NCBI GenBank assembly: GCA_937958885.1
Contig: CALGMT010000026.1
Coordinates: 32,468-96,467 of the forward strand
Source: an uncultured bacterium
GTDB taxonomy: Bacteria; Verrucomicrobiota; Kiritimatiellia; CAIVKH01
Direction of reading: 5' to 3'
Length of the DNA: 64,000 nt
Shown: piece after piece, positions 19,559 through 29,326 of the stretch
How the letters are laid out: the number at the start of each line of letters is the position of its first letter
How positions within the stretch are numbered: the first letter of the stretch is position 1
Translations under genes and position numbers: made by a program
Notes under the pieces: model-generated
What the model saw: only the letters and a program-made list of their open reading frames with translations
The model's database searches: none
Told to the model about the DNA's origin: nothing

Positions 19559-21268
19559 GTGACTGCCAACGACGAATACATCATTGAAATTCTCGAAAGC
19601 GTCGGGCTGATCACCCATCAGCAAGGCGCGGAAGCGCTGCAGAAGGCGCAGCAAGCGGACAGGGCGGTCGTCGATGTACTCGCCGATCTCCACTATGCGG
19701 CGAAGACGGACGTCCTCAAGGCGCTCGCCAATCAGTTTGGGATGGAATTCATTAGTCTCTCCGGGGTCGAGATCGACCAGGAGGTTGTCGACCTGGTGCC
19801 GGGCGAGGTGGCGCGCCGCTATCGCATCGTCCCGGTGTACCGCATGGAGAACACGATCACGGTGGCGCTGAGCGATCCGCTCGACGTGGAGACGCTGGAC
19901 AGTCTGCGCTACGTATTGCGCTGCGACGTCGGCGGCGTAGTCGCGATTCCGGAGGAGATCGAGGCGGCGATCGCGCGGTATTATCCCGCGACCGGCACCA
20001 CGGTGGCGTCGATGTACGACGAACTGACCGAAGGTTCCGTGCAGACGCCCGGCGAAAAGCCGCCCAAACTCGAGGGCGAGGACGAAGTCACCGACGCGGA
20101 TGCGCCGATCATCAAGCTGGTAAGCTTGATCATCCTGGAGGCGTTCCGAAGCCGGGCCTCGGACATCCACCTTGAACCGTTGGAGCGCAAGTTCCGCGTG
20201 CGCTACCGCATCGACGGCGTGCTGCACGAGGTGGAAAGCCCGCCGAAGCGCCTGCAATCGGCGATTATCAGCCGCGTAAAGATCATGGCGAACATGAGCA
20301 TCGCGGAGAAGCGCCTGCCGCAGGACGGACGCATTCAGATCAATGTGATGGGCCGCGATCTCGATTTGCGCGTATCGTCGGTCCCGTCGAATCACGGCGA
20401 GTCGATCGTCATGCGTATTCTCGACAAGGACAGCCTCTCGCTGGGTCTGCCGAAACTCGGATTCTTCTCTGACGACCAACAGACATTCGAGCGGCTGATC
20501 GGATTGTCTGACGGGATCATCCTCGTCACCGGCCCGACAGGTTCGGGCAAGACGACCACGCTATACGCCTGCCTGAACCACATCAACAAGCCGGACCGCA
20601 AGATCATCACGGTTGAAGATCCGGTCGAATATCAAATTACCGGCATCAACCAGGTGCATGTGCGGTCGGATATCGGGCTGACCTTTGCGGCGGCGCTCCG
20701 ATCGATCCTTCGCCAGGCGCCGAACATCATCATGATCGGCGAAATTCGCGATTTGGAAACGGCGGAAATCGCCGTGAACGCGTCGCTGACCGGCCACCTG
20801 GTGTTTTCCACACTGCACACGAACGACGCGCCGAGCGCGGTCACGCGGTTGATCGATATCGGCGTGAAGCCTTTCCTCGTCGCGTCGTCCACGCGCGCGA
20901 TCATGGCGCAGCGGCTCGTGCGCAAAATTTGCGAGCGGTGCAAGGAACCGGTGCAGCCGACCGACGCCGAGCTGCGCATCCTGGGCGGGTTGGCGGGGTC
21001 GGTGGCGTCCGCGCAGCTCTATCGGGGGCGCGGGTGCGCGGACTGCAACCACACGGGGTATCGCGGCCGCCTCGGCATCTTCGAAATTTTCCTGATCACC
21101 GACGAGGTCCGGCACATGATCTACGAGCGGGTTTCCGCGTCGCAGCTGCGCGCCCGCGCGCGCGAACTCGGCATGCGGACGCTGCGCGAGGACGGCGTCC
21201 GAAAAATCATCGCGGGCCAGACCACGCTGGAAGAAGTCGTGCGCACGACGATGGGGGATGCGAACTGA
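19559..21268 (+). CDS. pilB: Type IV pilus assembly / T2SS ATPase (PilB/GspE family) with N-terminal T2SSE_N domain
   Basis: Walker [11 protein letters not shown]; Asp and His boxes; tetracysteine C..C....C..C zinc motif; N-terminal GspE-N domain. Confidence 0.85.
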   Translation: MTANDEYIIEILESVGLITHQQGAEALQKAQQADRAVVDVLADLHYAAKTDVLKALANQFGMEFISLSGVEIDQEVVDLVPGEVARRYRIVPVYRMENTITVALSDPLDVETLDSLRYVLRCDVGGVVAIPEEIEAAIARYYPATGTTVASMYDELTEGSVQTPGEKPPKLEGEDEVTDADAPIIKLVSLIILEAFRSRASDIHLEPLERKFRVRYRIDGVLHEVESPPKRLQSAIISRVKIMANMSIAEKRLPQDGRIQINVMGRDLDLRVSSVPSNHGESIVMRILDKDSLSLGLPKLGFFSDDQQTFERLIGLSDGIILVTGPTGSGKTTTLYACLNHINKPDRKIITVEDPVEYQITGINQVHVRSDIGLTFAAALRSILRQAPNIIMIGEIRDLETAEIAVNASLTGHLVFSTLHTNDAPSAVTRLIDIGVKPFLVASSTRAIMAQRLVRKICERCKEPVQPTDAELRILGGLAGSVASAQLYRGRGCADCNHTGYRGRLGIFEIFLITDEVRHMIYERVSASQLRARARELGMRTLREDGVRKIIAGQTTLEEVVRTTMGDAN

Positions 21269-21270
21269 CC

Positions 21271-22359
21271 ATGACCATGTCCGCCGCCCAGATTCAAATG
21301 AACGATCTTCTCGATCTGGTGATCGAGGAGGGCGCATCGGATCTGCACATCGGCATCGGGCTTCCGCCGGTGCTGCGCCTGCACGGGCGCCTGCAGCCGA
21401 TCGATACGGAGCCGTTGAAGCCGGAGGACACCGAACGCCTGATGGCGTCGTTCACGCCGGAGGAGCATATCAAACGACTGCGCGACAACGGCGGCACGGA
21501 CTTCGGGTTCGGCCACGGGAACAAAGGGCGGTTCCGCGTCAGCGTGTTTCGCCAGAAGGGCGCGGTCGGCATGGTGCTGCGCCTGATTCCATCGCGGCTT
21601 CTTTCGCTGGAGGAGATCGGATTGCCGCCCGGCCTGCGGGATTTATTGTTCAAGCCGCGCGGGTTGATCCTGGTGACCGGCCCGACGGGTTCGGGCAAGA
21701 CGACCACGCTCGCGAGCATGCTGAACGTGATTAATGAGACACGGGATGTGCACATCATCACCGTCGAGGACCCGATCGAGTACTACCACCCGCACAAGAA
21801 AAGCGTCATCACGCAGCGCGAGGTCGGCGTGGACGTGCCGAGCTTCAGCGAGGCGCTCAAGCGCGGATTGCGCCAGGACCCGGACGTGATCCTCGTCGGC
21901 GAGATGCGCGATCTCGAGACGATTCAGGCCGCGATCACCGCCGCGGAGACCGGCCACCTCGTTTTTGCGACCCTCCACACCACCGGCGCGGCGCGCACGG
22001 TGGACCGCATCGTGGATGCGTTTCCGATGGAGCAGCAGAACCAGGTGCGCACCCAGCTCGCGGCCAGCCTCGAGGCGGTCATCTCACAGTTGCTGCTCAT
22101 TCGCCATGATCGCCCCGGCCGCGTGGCCGCCTTCGAGATCATGGTGGCGACGCCCGCGATCCGCGCGCTGATCCGCGACAACAAGACCTTCCGGATCACC
22201 TCGGACATTCAGACCGGCGCGAAATACGGTATGATGACCCTCGACGACCATCTCGTGAGCCTCTTCGAGCAGGGGATCATCAACTACGAGGAGGTCGTCA
22301 CGAGCGCGCAGGATATCGAGTCGGTAATGCAGAAAATCCAACCCAAGGGACGCCGCTAG
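21271..22359 (+). CDS. pilT: Twitching-motility / pilus retraction ATPase PilT
   Basis: ATG at 21271; PilT-type sequence without the N-terminal domain; [10 protein letters not shown] Walker A; HLVFATLHT. Confidence 0.9.
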   Translation: MTMSAAQIQMNDLLDLVIEEGASDLHIGIGLPPVLRLHGRLQPIDTEPLKPEDTERLMASFTPEEHIKRLRDNGGTDFGFGHGNKGRFRVSVFRQKGAVGMVLRLIPSRLLSLEEIGLPPGLRDLLFKPRGLILVTGPTGSGKTTTLASMLNVINETRDVHIITVEDPIEYYHPHKKSVITQREVGVDVPSFSEALKRGLRQDPDVILVGEMRDLETIQAAITAAETGHLVFATLHTTGAARTVDRIVDAFPMEQQNQVRTQLAASLEAVISQLLLIRHDRPGRVAAFEIMVATPAIRALIRDNKTFRITSDIQTGAKYGMMTLDDHLVSLFEQGIINYEEVVTSAQDIESVMQKIQPKGRR

Positions 22360-22367
22360 GAGACGCC

Positions 22368-24077
22368 ATGTCGGACGCGGAATTCAAAGATCCGTTTCTC
22401 CAGCAGTTGGTTGACGACGGGCTCATTAATCGTCAGCAGGCCGAGGAGGTCGCCGACGAGCACGAGCGCACCGGCAAGCCGGTGCGCGAAGTCCTCATCG
22501 ATATGGAGATCATCGATGAGATGACTTTGTTGCAGGCGATTGCGAGTCACCTGGGTACGCGCGTCATCGATCTTAGCCGCACGGAAATCAGTCCGTTTGT
22601 GCTCAAGTCGATTCCCGCGAGCGTCGCGCGGATGTACAACGTGGTGCCGATCGAGGCGGACGCGCATTCGGCCACACTGGCCACGTATGATTTGTTGACG
22701 CCGGACGTGGTGGACGAGCTCAATTTCGTGCTTACGCGCGATGTCTCGTTCGTCGTGGCCCGCGAGTCGGATATCCGCACGTATCTCAACCAACACTATG
22801 GCGACGCCAGCGAATCGGTGAACGACATGCTGTCGGCGCTGGAGAGCGAACTGGAGCACGTCGGCGAGACGGTGGGGCATGCCGGCGGCGATCAGACAGC
22901 CGAAATCGAGGAAATGGCGAATCAGGCGCCGGTCATCCGGTTCGTGAATCTCGTGCTGTTCCAAGCGGTCAAGGACCGCGCGTCCGACATTCATTTCGAG
23001 CCGTTCGAGACCGAATTCAAGATTCGCTATCGCGTGGACGGCGCGCTTTATGAGATGGCGCCGCCGCCGAAGCATCTCGCACTTCCAGTGATTTCGCGCA
23101 TCAAGGTCATTTCAGGGTTGAACATTGCAGAACGCCGCCTGCCGCAGGATGGGCGCATCCAGTTGCCGGTGGGAGGGCGGCAAATTGATTTCCGCGTCTC
23201 CACGCTGCCCACGCAGTTCGGCGAGAGCGTCGTGCTCCGCGTGCTCGATCGCAGCTCGGTTCAGCTCGACCTGCAGAACCTCGGGATGCCGGACGACGTA
23301 TTCAACGCCTTCTGCGCGGACATCGACAAGCCGAACGGTATCGTCGTCGTCACCGGTCCGACGGGTTCCGGCAAGACCACCACGCTGTATTCCGCGCTGC
23401 GACGCCTGAACACGATCGATTCGAAATTGCTCACCGCGGAAGAGCCGGTCGAATACGACATCGAAGGCATCATTCAGATTCCGGTTCACGATGCCATTGG
23501 ACTGACCTTCGCGCGCGTGCTGCGCGCCTTCCTGCGCCAAGATCCCGACATCATCATGGTCGGCGAAATTCGCGATAAGGAAACCGCGGAAATCGCCATC
23601 CAGGCCTCCCTCACCGGCCACTTGGTGTTTTCGACACTGCACACCAACGATGCGCCCGGCGCGGTGACCCGCTTGATCGACATGGGCGTCGAACCGTTCC
23701 TCATCTCGTCCACAATGGAAGGCGTGCTGGCGCAGCGGCTTGTCCGCACCATCTGTCAGGATTGCAAGGAACCGTATACGCCGGATAATGAGGTGCTGGA
23801 ACTCCTCGGGTTGCGCCGGGATCAGGTGCAGGACCGCCCCTTTTTCCACGGAACCGGCTGTGTGAAGTGCAACGAAACGGGATACCGCGGGCGTCGCGGC
23901 GTCTATGAGTATTTGCGGGTCACCGATCCGATTCGCGACCTGATCAACGAGCGGAAGCCGACCATCGTCATTCGCGACAAGGCGATGGAACTCGGCATGC
24001 GGACCCTGCGGCAGGACGGGATTCGCTGCATCTTGGACGGCTATACCACTGTCGAGGAAGTGTTGAAGTACACATAA
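22368..24077 (+). CDS. Second PilB/GspE-family assembly ATPase paralog
   Basis: Same domain architecture as 19559..21268 (T2SSE_N, Walker A, tetracysteine motif) but only moderate identity to it. Confidence 0.85.
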   Translation: MSDAEFKDPFLQQLVDDGLINRQQAEEVADEHERTGKPVREVLIDMEIIDEMTLLQAIASHLGTRVIDLSRTEISPFVLKSIPASVARMYNVVPIEADAHSATLATYDLLTPDVVDELNFVLTRDVSFVVARESDIRTYLNQHYGDASESVNDMLSALESELEHVGETVGHAGGDQTAEIEEMANQAPVIRFVNLVLFQAVKDRASDIHFEPFETEFKIRYRVDGALYEMAPPPKHLALPVISRIKVISGLNIAERRLPQDGRIQLPVGGRQIDFRVSTLPTQFGESVVLRVLDRSSVQLDLQNLGMPDDVFNAFCADIDKPNGIVVVTGPTGSGKTTTLYSALRRLNTIDSKLLTAEEPVEYDIEGIIQIPVHDAIGLTFARVLRAFLRQDPDIIMVGEIRDKETAEIAIQASLTGHLVFSTLHTNDAPGAVTRLIDMGVEPFLISSTMEGVLAQRLVRTICQDCKEPYTPDNEVLELLGLRRDQVQDRPFFHGTGCVKCNETGYRGRRGVYEYLRVTDPIRDLINERKPTIVIRDKAMELGMRTLRQDGIRCILDGYTTVEEVLKYT

Positions 24078-24163
24078 GACGCTCATGCGGGTAAAACGAT
24101 TAAGCGTTTGCCATCTCTTGAGCGAGCGGCTAGCATTGGGCCAACTGTTTCGGATTATATAGC

Positions 24164-25474
24164 ATGCCGAAATTCAACTTTATAGCGCTTGATTCGCGCG
24201 GCCGCGAGAGCCAGGGCGAGGTCGAAGCGGACAACCAGACCATGGCGCTGGCCCGCATACGCGAGCGCGGCCTGTTCCCCACCAGCGTGACCGAGGCCGG
24301 AGCCAAGGCTCGCAAACCGGCGCCCGGCAAGCGCGCCACTGCAAAAGGCGGCGGCTCCGCGCTGAACATGAACATTGAGATCAAGATGCCCTCGTTCATG
24401 ATGAGCGTGAAGCCGAAGGAACTCATGGTGTTCACACGCCAGCTCGCGACGCTGGTGGACGCCGGGCTTCCGCTGGTCCGCAGCCTCGAAGTGCTCGGCA
24501 AGCAGGAGCGGAATCCATTGCTGCGCAAGGCGCTTCGCGAAATGGCCGAGGCCATTCAGTCCGGCAGCACCTTTGCCGAGGCCCTCGCGCAACACCCGAA
24601 AGTGTTCAACAAGCTCTATGTGAACATGGCCAAGGCAGGCGAAGTCGGCGGCGTGCTCGACAAGGTGCTGATCCGCCTCGCGGAGTTCATGGAGAAGGGC
24701 CAGAAGATCAAGAACAAGGTCACCAGCGCGATGGTCTATCCGATCGTCGTCATGGTGATGGCCGTAGGTATTCTGGCGTTCCTCATGGTGTTCATCATCC
24801 CGAAGTTCAAAGAGATCTTCTCCGAACTGCTGGAGGGCCAGGCGCTGCCGGGCCTTACGGAGTTTGTGATGGGCATCAGCTCCACGGTTGCGGGCATGGT
24901 GGACCTCGGCTTCATCCGTGTGCCCGGTATAATTCTGGTTATCACCGGCGTCTTTTTCCTCGTGTCGATCCTCAAGCTCGCGGCGAAAACGCAGACGGGC
25001 GCGTACATGCTCGACAATTTCAAACTGAACATGCCCGTGTTCGGGACGCTCGTGAAGAAAACGGCCGTAGGCCGGTTCACGCGAACGCTCGGCACGCTGA
25101 TGTCGTCCGGCGTGCCCGTGTTGCAGGCGCTCAATATCGTGCGCGACACGGCGGGCAATGAGGTGCTGGCCCGCGCGGTATCGAGCGTGCATGACGCGGT
25201 GAAAGAGGGCGAAAACATGGCCCCGCCGATCGAGGCGACGAAGGTCTTTCCTCCGATGGTCATCAGCATGGTACAGGTCGGCGAAGAAACCGGCGAGTTG
25301 CCCGAGATGTTGATGAAGATCGCCGACAACTACGACGATGAGGTGGACAACGCCGTCGCCGGCCTCACCTCCGTGATCGAGCCGCTGCTGATTGTCTTTC
25401 TCGCGCTCGTGGTCGGCACCATTGTGATCGCGCTGTTCCTTCCGCTGATCTCGATCATCGGCAAACTGAGCTGA
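24164..25474 (+). CDS. pilC: Type IV pilus / T2SS inner-membrane platform protein (PilC/GspF family)
   Basis: Two T2SSF repeats; about 3 TM segments. Confidence 0.85.
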   Translation: MPKFNFIALDSRGRESQGEVEADNQTMALARIRERGLFPTSVTEAGAKARKPAPGKRATAKGGGSALNMNIEIKMPSFMMSVKPKELMVFTRQLATLVDAGLPLVRSLEVLGKQERNPLLRKALREMAEAIQSGSTFAEALAQHPKVFNKLYVNMAKAGEVGGVLDKVLIRLAEFMEKGQKIKNKVTSAMVYPIVVMVMAVGILAFLMVFIIPKFKEIFSELLEGQALPGLTEFVMGISSTVAGMVDLGFIRVPGIILVITGVFFLVSILKLAAKTQTGAYMLDNFKLNMPVFGTLVKKTAVGRFTRTLGTLMSSGVPVLQALNIVRDTAGNEVLARAVSSVHDAVKEGENMAPPIEATKVFPPMVISMVQVGEETGELPEMLMKIADNYDDEVDNAVAGLTSVIEPLLIVFLALVVGTIVIALFLPLISIIGKLS

Positions 25475-25483
25475 TCCGCCGCC

Positions 25484-26083
25484 GTGCAACCGGACGGCCA
25501 GCGTGCGAACGATACCCCCGCCGCTTCGCCCGCGCGCGCGCGCTGGACCCGCGCCGAGTGGGTGATTGTCGCCGCATTGCTGCTGGCCGCGCTCTCGACG
25601 GTTTGGCCCGCGATCGCCGTGTTCCGTAGCCGACAACGCATTGCGATGGCGCGCCACGATGTGTTCGCCCTGCAGCGCGCGATCATGCGCTATCACCGGG
25701 AATACGGCGCATGGCCGGCGGACGCCGGCGGTCGCAACGTGGACTTGCGATTCGGCGGGCGACGCCCGAACGCGGAGGTTCTGCGCGTCCTTCGCGCGGA
25801 GGCCGGACCGGGAAACACGGACCATGAAATGAACGCGCAGCGGATGATCTTCATCGAGGTGGAGCCTTATGTGCGCGGCTACTCCGGGCTGGATGCGACC
25901 GGCGAATTTCTCGACCCTTGGGGCACGCCCTACCAGATCGTGCTCGACACCAGTTACGACAACGCCGCGCAGGTGGACAACAGCGTGTATGGCCGCGTGC
26001 CCGGCGTCGGCGTCCTCGTCTGGTCCCTCGGGCCCGACCGGAAATCCGAAACGCGCGACGACATCCTGTCGTGGAAGCGGTGA
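25484..26083 (+). CDS. GspG-like pseudopilin domain protein with a non-canonical N-terminus
   Basis: C-terminal DPWGTPYQ and SLGPD motifs matching T2SS GspG (DPWGNPY / SLGADG). N-terminal hydrophobic helix with E at +5, but no G at -1 and no FTLIE consensus. Confidence 0.5.
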   Translation: MQPDGQRANDTPAASPARARWTRAEWVIVAALLLAALSTVWPAIAVFRSRQRIAMARHDVFALQRAIMRYHREYGAWPADAGGRNVDLRFGGRRPNAEVLRVLRAEAGPGNTDHEMNAQRMIFIEVEPYVRGYSGLDATGEFLDPWGTPYQIVLDTSYDNAAQVDNSVYGRVPGVGVLVWSLGPDRKSETRDDILSWKR

Positions 26084-26101
26084 GCGCAAGTCCAGCGCGA
26101 T

Positions 26102-27049
26102 CTATCCGTCGATCGACGTCACACGCACCCGCGATAGCAGCGCTTCCACATCGGCGCGATCGAAGAGCGCGGGGATTTCCGACATCGCATTCGCGGAACC
26201 GCATGCGATCCCCCATACGGCGGACGCGATGGCCGAACGCCCGGTCGTCAACCCATGTAGAAGGCCCGCCGTCACCGAATCGCCGCTGCCGATCGGGTTG
26301 AGCGCCTTCACGGTAGGCGGCTGGATGCGCCATGACGATTCGCCCGCGAGCAGGCAGCATTCATCCGCGCCCGCAGTGACCAGCACATTCTGCGCGCCTC
26401 GTGCGCGAAGCGCGCGCATGGCCGCCATGCAAGAGGTCGGATCGCGCGCGGGCAAGCCGGTGGTGATCTCCAATTCCTCGCTGTTGAGCTTCACCCAGTC
26501 GGGCTTCGTGTCCAGGGCCGCGCGAAGCGGCGCGCCTTGCGAATCGATCAGCAGCGCGAGTCCGGCCTTGCGCGCGCCGCGGGCGATCTCCATCAGACGC
26601 TCGGCCGGCGCGCCCGGCGGCAAGGCGCCGCTGATTGCGAGCCAGGAGCACTCCGGCGCTTGTTCCGCGAAAAGCCGATCGAACGTCGCCCACTCGCCGA
26701 GCGTGGGCGGTGCGGCCTCCTCCACCCACTCGGTTACGCGCGTACCGTCGCCCTCGACCGCGGTGTGGCAATGCCGCGTTTCCGCCTCCGTCTCGATCCA
26801 GTGGGCATCCACACCGAGATCGTTCAGGGCGCGCGCGATGAATGCGCCAGACGGGCCGCCCCGAAATCCGATAAGGCGCGGGCGCGCGCCGAGCCGCGCG
26901 AGGGCGGCGGCGACGTTGACCCCCTTGCCGGCGGCAGATATTCGGGTTCGTCGCGCGCGGTTCACCTCGCCTGGGCGCATGGCCTCCATAAACAGAGTGC
27001 GCTGAACCGCCGGGGTCAGCGCGAGACAGAGAATCGGGCCGACGCTCAT
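26102..27049 (-). CDS. PfkB-family carbohydrate kinase (1-phosphofructokinase/tagatose-6-phosphate kinase-like)
   Basis: N-terminal LTPAVQRT...PGEVNRA and C-terminal GSGDS motifs of the PfkB family. Confidence 0.75.
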   Translation of the reverse strand: MSVGPILCLALTPAVQRTLFMEAMRPGEVNRARRTRISAAGKGVNVAAALARLGARPRLIGFRGGPSGAFIARALNDLGVDAHWIETEAETRHCHTAVEGDGTRVTEWVEEAAPPTLGEWATFDRLFAEQAPECSWLAISGALPPGAPAERLMEIARGARKAGLALLIDSQGAPLRAALDTKPDWVKLNSEELEITTGLPARDPTSCMAAMRALRARGAQNVLVTAGADECCLLAGESSWRIQPPTVKALNPIGSGDSVTAGLLHGLTTGRSAIASAVWGIACGSANAMSEIPALFDRADVEALLSRVRVTSIDG

Positions 27050-28023
27050 TGCGCGCGCGGGGTCGCACGGATCATCGGTTCCATAGCGTGTAAAAGTTGG
27101 ACCTCGCGAAAGTCCTCGATCACCTCGTCAAAAAGTCGCCACGCCTCCGTGTGAACGGCGCGCGCGCCGGGTTTGAGCGCGGTCAACGGGGCGAGTGTTT
27201 CCAGTTCCAGAATCTCGCTGTTCGTGAAGACCTCGGCATTGCACCCCATGTCCGGATAAACGGCCTGCGGGTCATGCGTATGCCGCTTGATGAACGTGCC
27301 GAAGGGCAGGGCGTAGGCCATCCACGCGGGCGAGGAGCGAAACCCAATCTTCTGCGGCAGCTCGGCGCGCGGGTCTTGGCGCAGTTGGATAAAATTCTCC
27401 CCCCACGTCCAGCGGGGATCGTTCATCTTGGTGTACTTCCAAAGGACCAATGGGCGGGCGGGCAGCAGATGGCGCGTGTGCGATCCGTAGGGTTCCTGGG
27501 GCAGCACAGCGATGCCGCCGGGCGCCATCACCGAGAGCGCCCACGGCGCGACGGACTGCGTCGTGCGGCCTCGATTGATGAGCGTGTGGGTCAAGTGGAC
27601 CGCGCCGCCGACGAGACGGATATCGAGCTGCTTCTGAAGTCCGCTTGGCTTATCGGGCTTTTGAATCAGGCGAAGCGTATTCCCGTCCCATTCCCATGGC
27701 ACGGGATCGTTGTCCGGGACGTATGTCAGCGGTTTAGACTCCGGCGCAATCCAGAACCGGTGACCGCCGAAAATGCGCCATTTCGACCCGCGCGTCTGAC
27801 CGAGCTGATTTTCGAACTCGCGGAAAACATTTTTGCCGTCCACGCGGCCGAATCGGATCACCCGCGGTCCGACATCCGCGGTGACGATCAACTCCGTTCG
27901 GCCGTCTGAGAGACGAAGACAATTCGGCCAGCCGGCATATTCGATGAGGGAAAGATTTGTTTTCATAAAGCGTATTGGGACGGCGCCACGTTCATTCATC
28001 GGAATCTGCATCTCAATCGGCAT
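27046..28023 (-). CDS. Hypothetical protein (325 aa)
   Basis: ORF with good codon structure; 4-bp overlap with the PfkB kinase; no motif recognised. Confidence 0.4.
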   Translation of the reverse strand: MPIEMQIPMNERGAVPIRFMKTNLSLIEYAGWPNCLRLSDGRTELIVTADVGPRVIRFGRVDGKNVFREFENQLGQTRGSKWRIFGGHRFWIAPESKPLTYVPDNDPVPWEWDGNTLRLIQKPDKPSGLQKQLDIRLVGGAVHLTHTLINRGRTTQSVAPWALSVMAPGGIAVLPQEPYGSHTRHLLPARPLVLWKYTKMNDPRWTWGENFIQLRQDPRAELPQKIGFRSSPAWMAYALPFGTFIKRHTHDPQAVYPDMGCNAEVFTNSEILELETLAPLTALKPGARAVHTEAWRLFDEVIEDFREVQLLHAMEPMIRATPRAQ

Positions 28024-28112
28024 CGCGCCCGAGCGATGGCGTTGTATATCGGATGTGGACGAAAATGCAAAAGAATGGCTTTGGATGCCAGCCCATTTGC
28101 GCAGCCTCGCTC

Positions 28113-28440
28113 GCCCCCAAAAGGGGTCAAACGATGAATGTTAACGTCGGGAAAATCGGGATGCCAACGGGGTCCGGGCAGAGCGTCAGTCCGTGTGTAT
28201 GGGCATTTGGACTTGATGCAAGAGGAGATGAGAGCATGAACAGATGCTGAGAGGCATGCGAACAGCGCCGTCGCAGGTCTATGCATGACGCGGTCTGGCG
28301 TTTTCTGTGCGATTTCAGCGGACGAAGCGGCGCTGCTGCAGCTCCGGCGCTCTGCCGCCGGAGATCAACGGCCCTGCACTTCCGCCGGCAGAGCGGCGAA
28401 ACTGCAGCGTGGAATCGCACTCGATATTCGCCGACAAGGC
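28113..28440 (-). repeat. Copy B (inverted) of the ~330-bp conserved non-coding element
   Basis: Reverse complement aligns to 13931-14260. The tail motif CGACGTTAACATTCATCGTTTGACCCCTTTTGG is present once, adjacent to the start of the minus-strand gene 27046..28023. Confidence 0.7.
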
Positions 28441-28522
28441 AGCGTAAATACAGCTTGGTCTGAAAACGCCACTCAGCCCTCAACGCCGCTGTAATGGCGC
28501 CGCGACATTCATCTTCGCAGCG

Positions 28523-29326
28523 TTGCGACACCGAACTGTTCCGGCTATGCTGTCCACCATGTTTTGGCGCCGCCTGTTCCTTCTGCCGGCCGCGCTCCTC
28601 GCGATCGGAGCGCTGTCCGCGCGCGCCTCGGGCGATGCGGCGTATGCGCGCCTGCTCGCCGCTCATGTTCGCGACGGATTGGTCGATTACAAGGGCCTCA
28701 AGGCGAACCGCATGGACCTCGATGCCGCGCTTCGCGCGTACGCAGATGTCTCTGAGCGCGAGTTTGCCGGGTGGACCGTCCCGCAGCGACTCGCATACCT
28801 CATCAACTTATACAACATGACAGTCCTCAAGATTGTGGTGGACGATTACCCGCTCTCCAGCATCCGCAAAGCCGGCGGTTGGTTCAGCGGCGACCCGTTC
28901 GAGTGGAAAGCCGTCTCCCTCTTCGGCCATCGCATCTCGCTCAATCTCCTGCTGCGAAACTACATCCGGCGCGATTACGCCGAACCCGGCGTACACTTGG
29001 CGCTCTGCCAGGGCGCGCGCGCGAGTCCGCCGCTCCGCGCGGAGCCGTACGACGGGGAGCGCTTCTATGAGCAGATCGCCGATCAGGCCCGCGTCTTTCT
29101 CGCTCGCGCGCCGCACAACCGCATCGACACGCAGCGGCGCCGGATGCATCTTTCCCCCGTGTTCAAATGGTACGCATCCGATTTCGCGCGCCAGACGGGC
29201 GGCGTCGAGGGCTACGTGCGCATGATCGCGCCTGCAGAGTGGGGCGTGCGCGACGTGGCCGGGCGGTTTTCCATTTCCTATTCTGATTTCGACTGGCGTC
29301 TGAATGACCTCGCGCCCCGCCGCTAA
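28523..29326 (+). CDS. DUF547 domain protein (secreted/periplasmic)
   Basis: LAYLINLYN and FKWY motifs characteristic of DUF547; N-terminal signal. Confidence 0.55.
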   Translation: MRHRTVPAMLSTMFWRRLFLLPAALLAIGALSARASGDAAYARLLAAHVRDGLVDYKGLKANRMDLDAALRAYADVSEREFAGWTVPQRLAYLINLYNMTVLKIVVDDYPLSSIRKAGGWFSGDPFEWKAVSLFGHRISLNLLLRNYIRRDYAEPGVHLALCQGARASPPLRAEPYDGERFYEQIADQARVFLARAPHNRIDTQRRRMHLSPVFKWYASDFARQTGGVEGYVRMIAPAEWGVRDVAGRFSISYSDFDWRLNDLAPRR

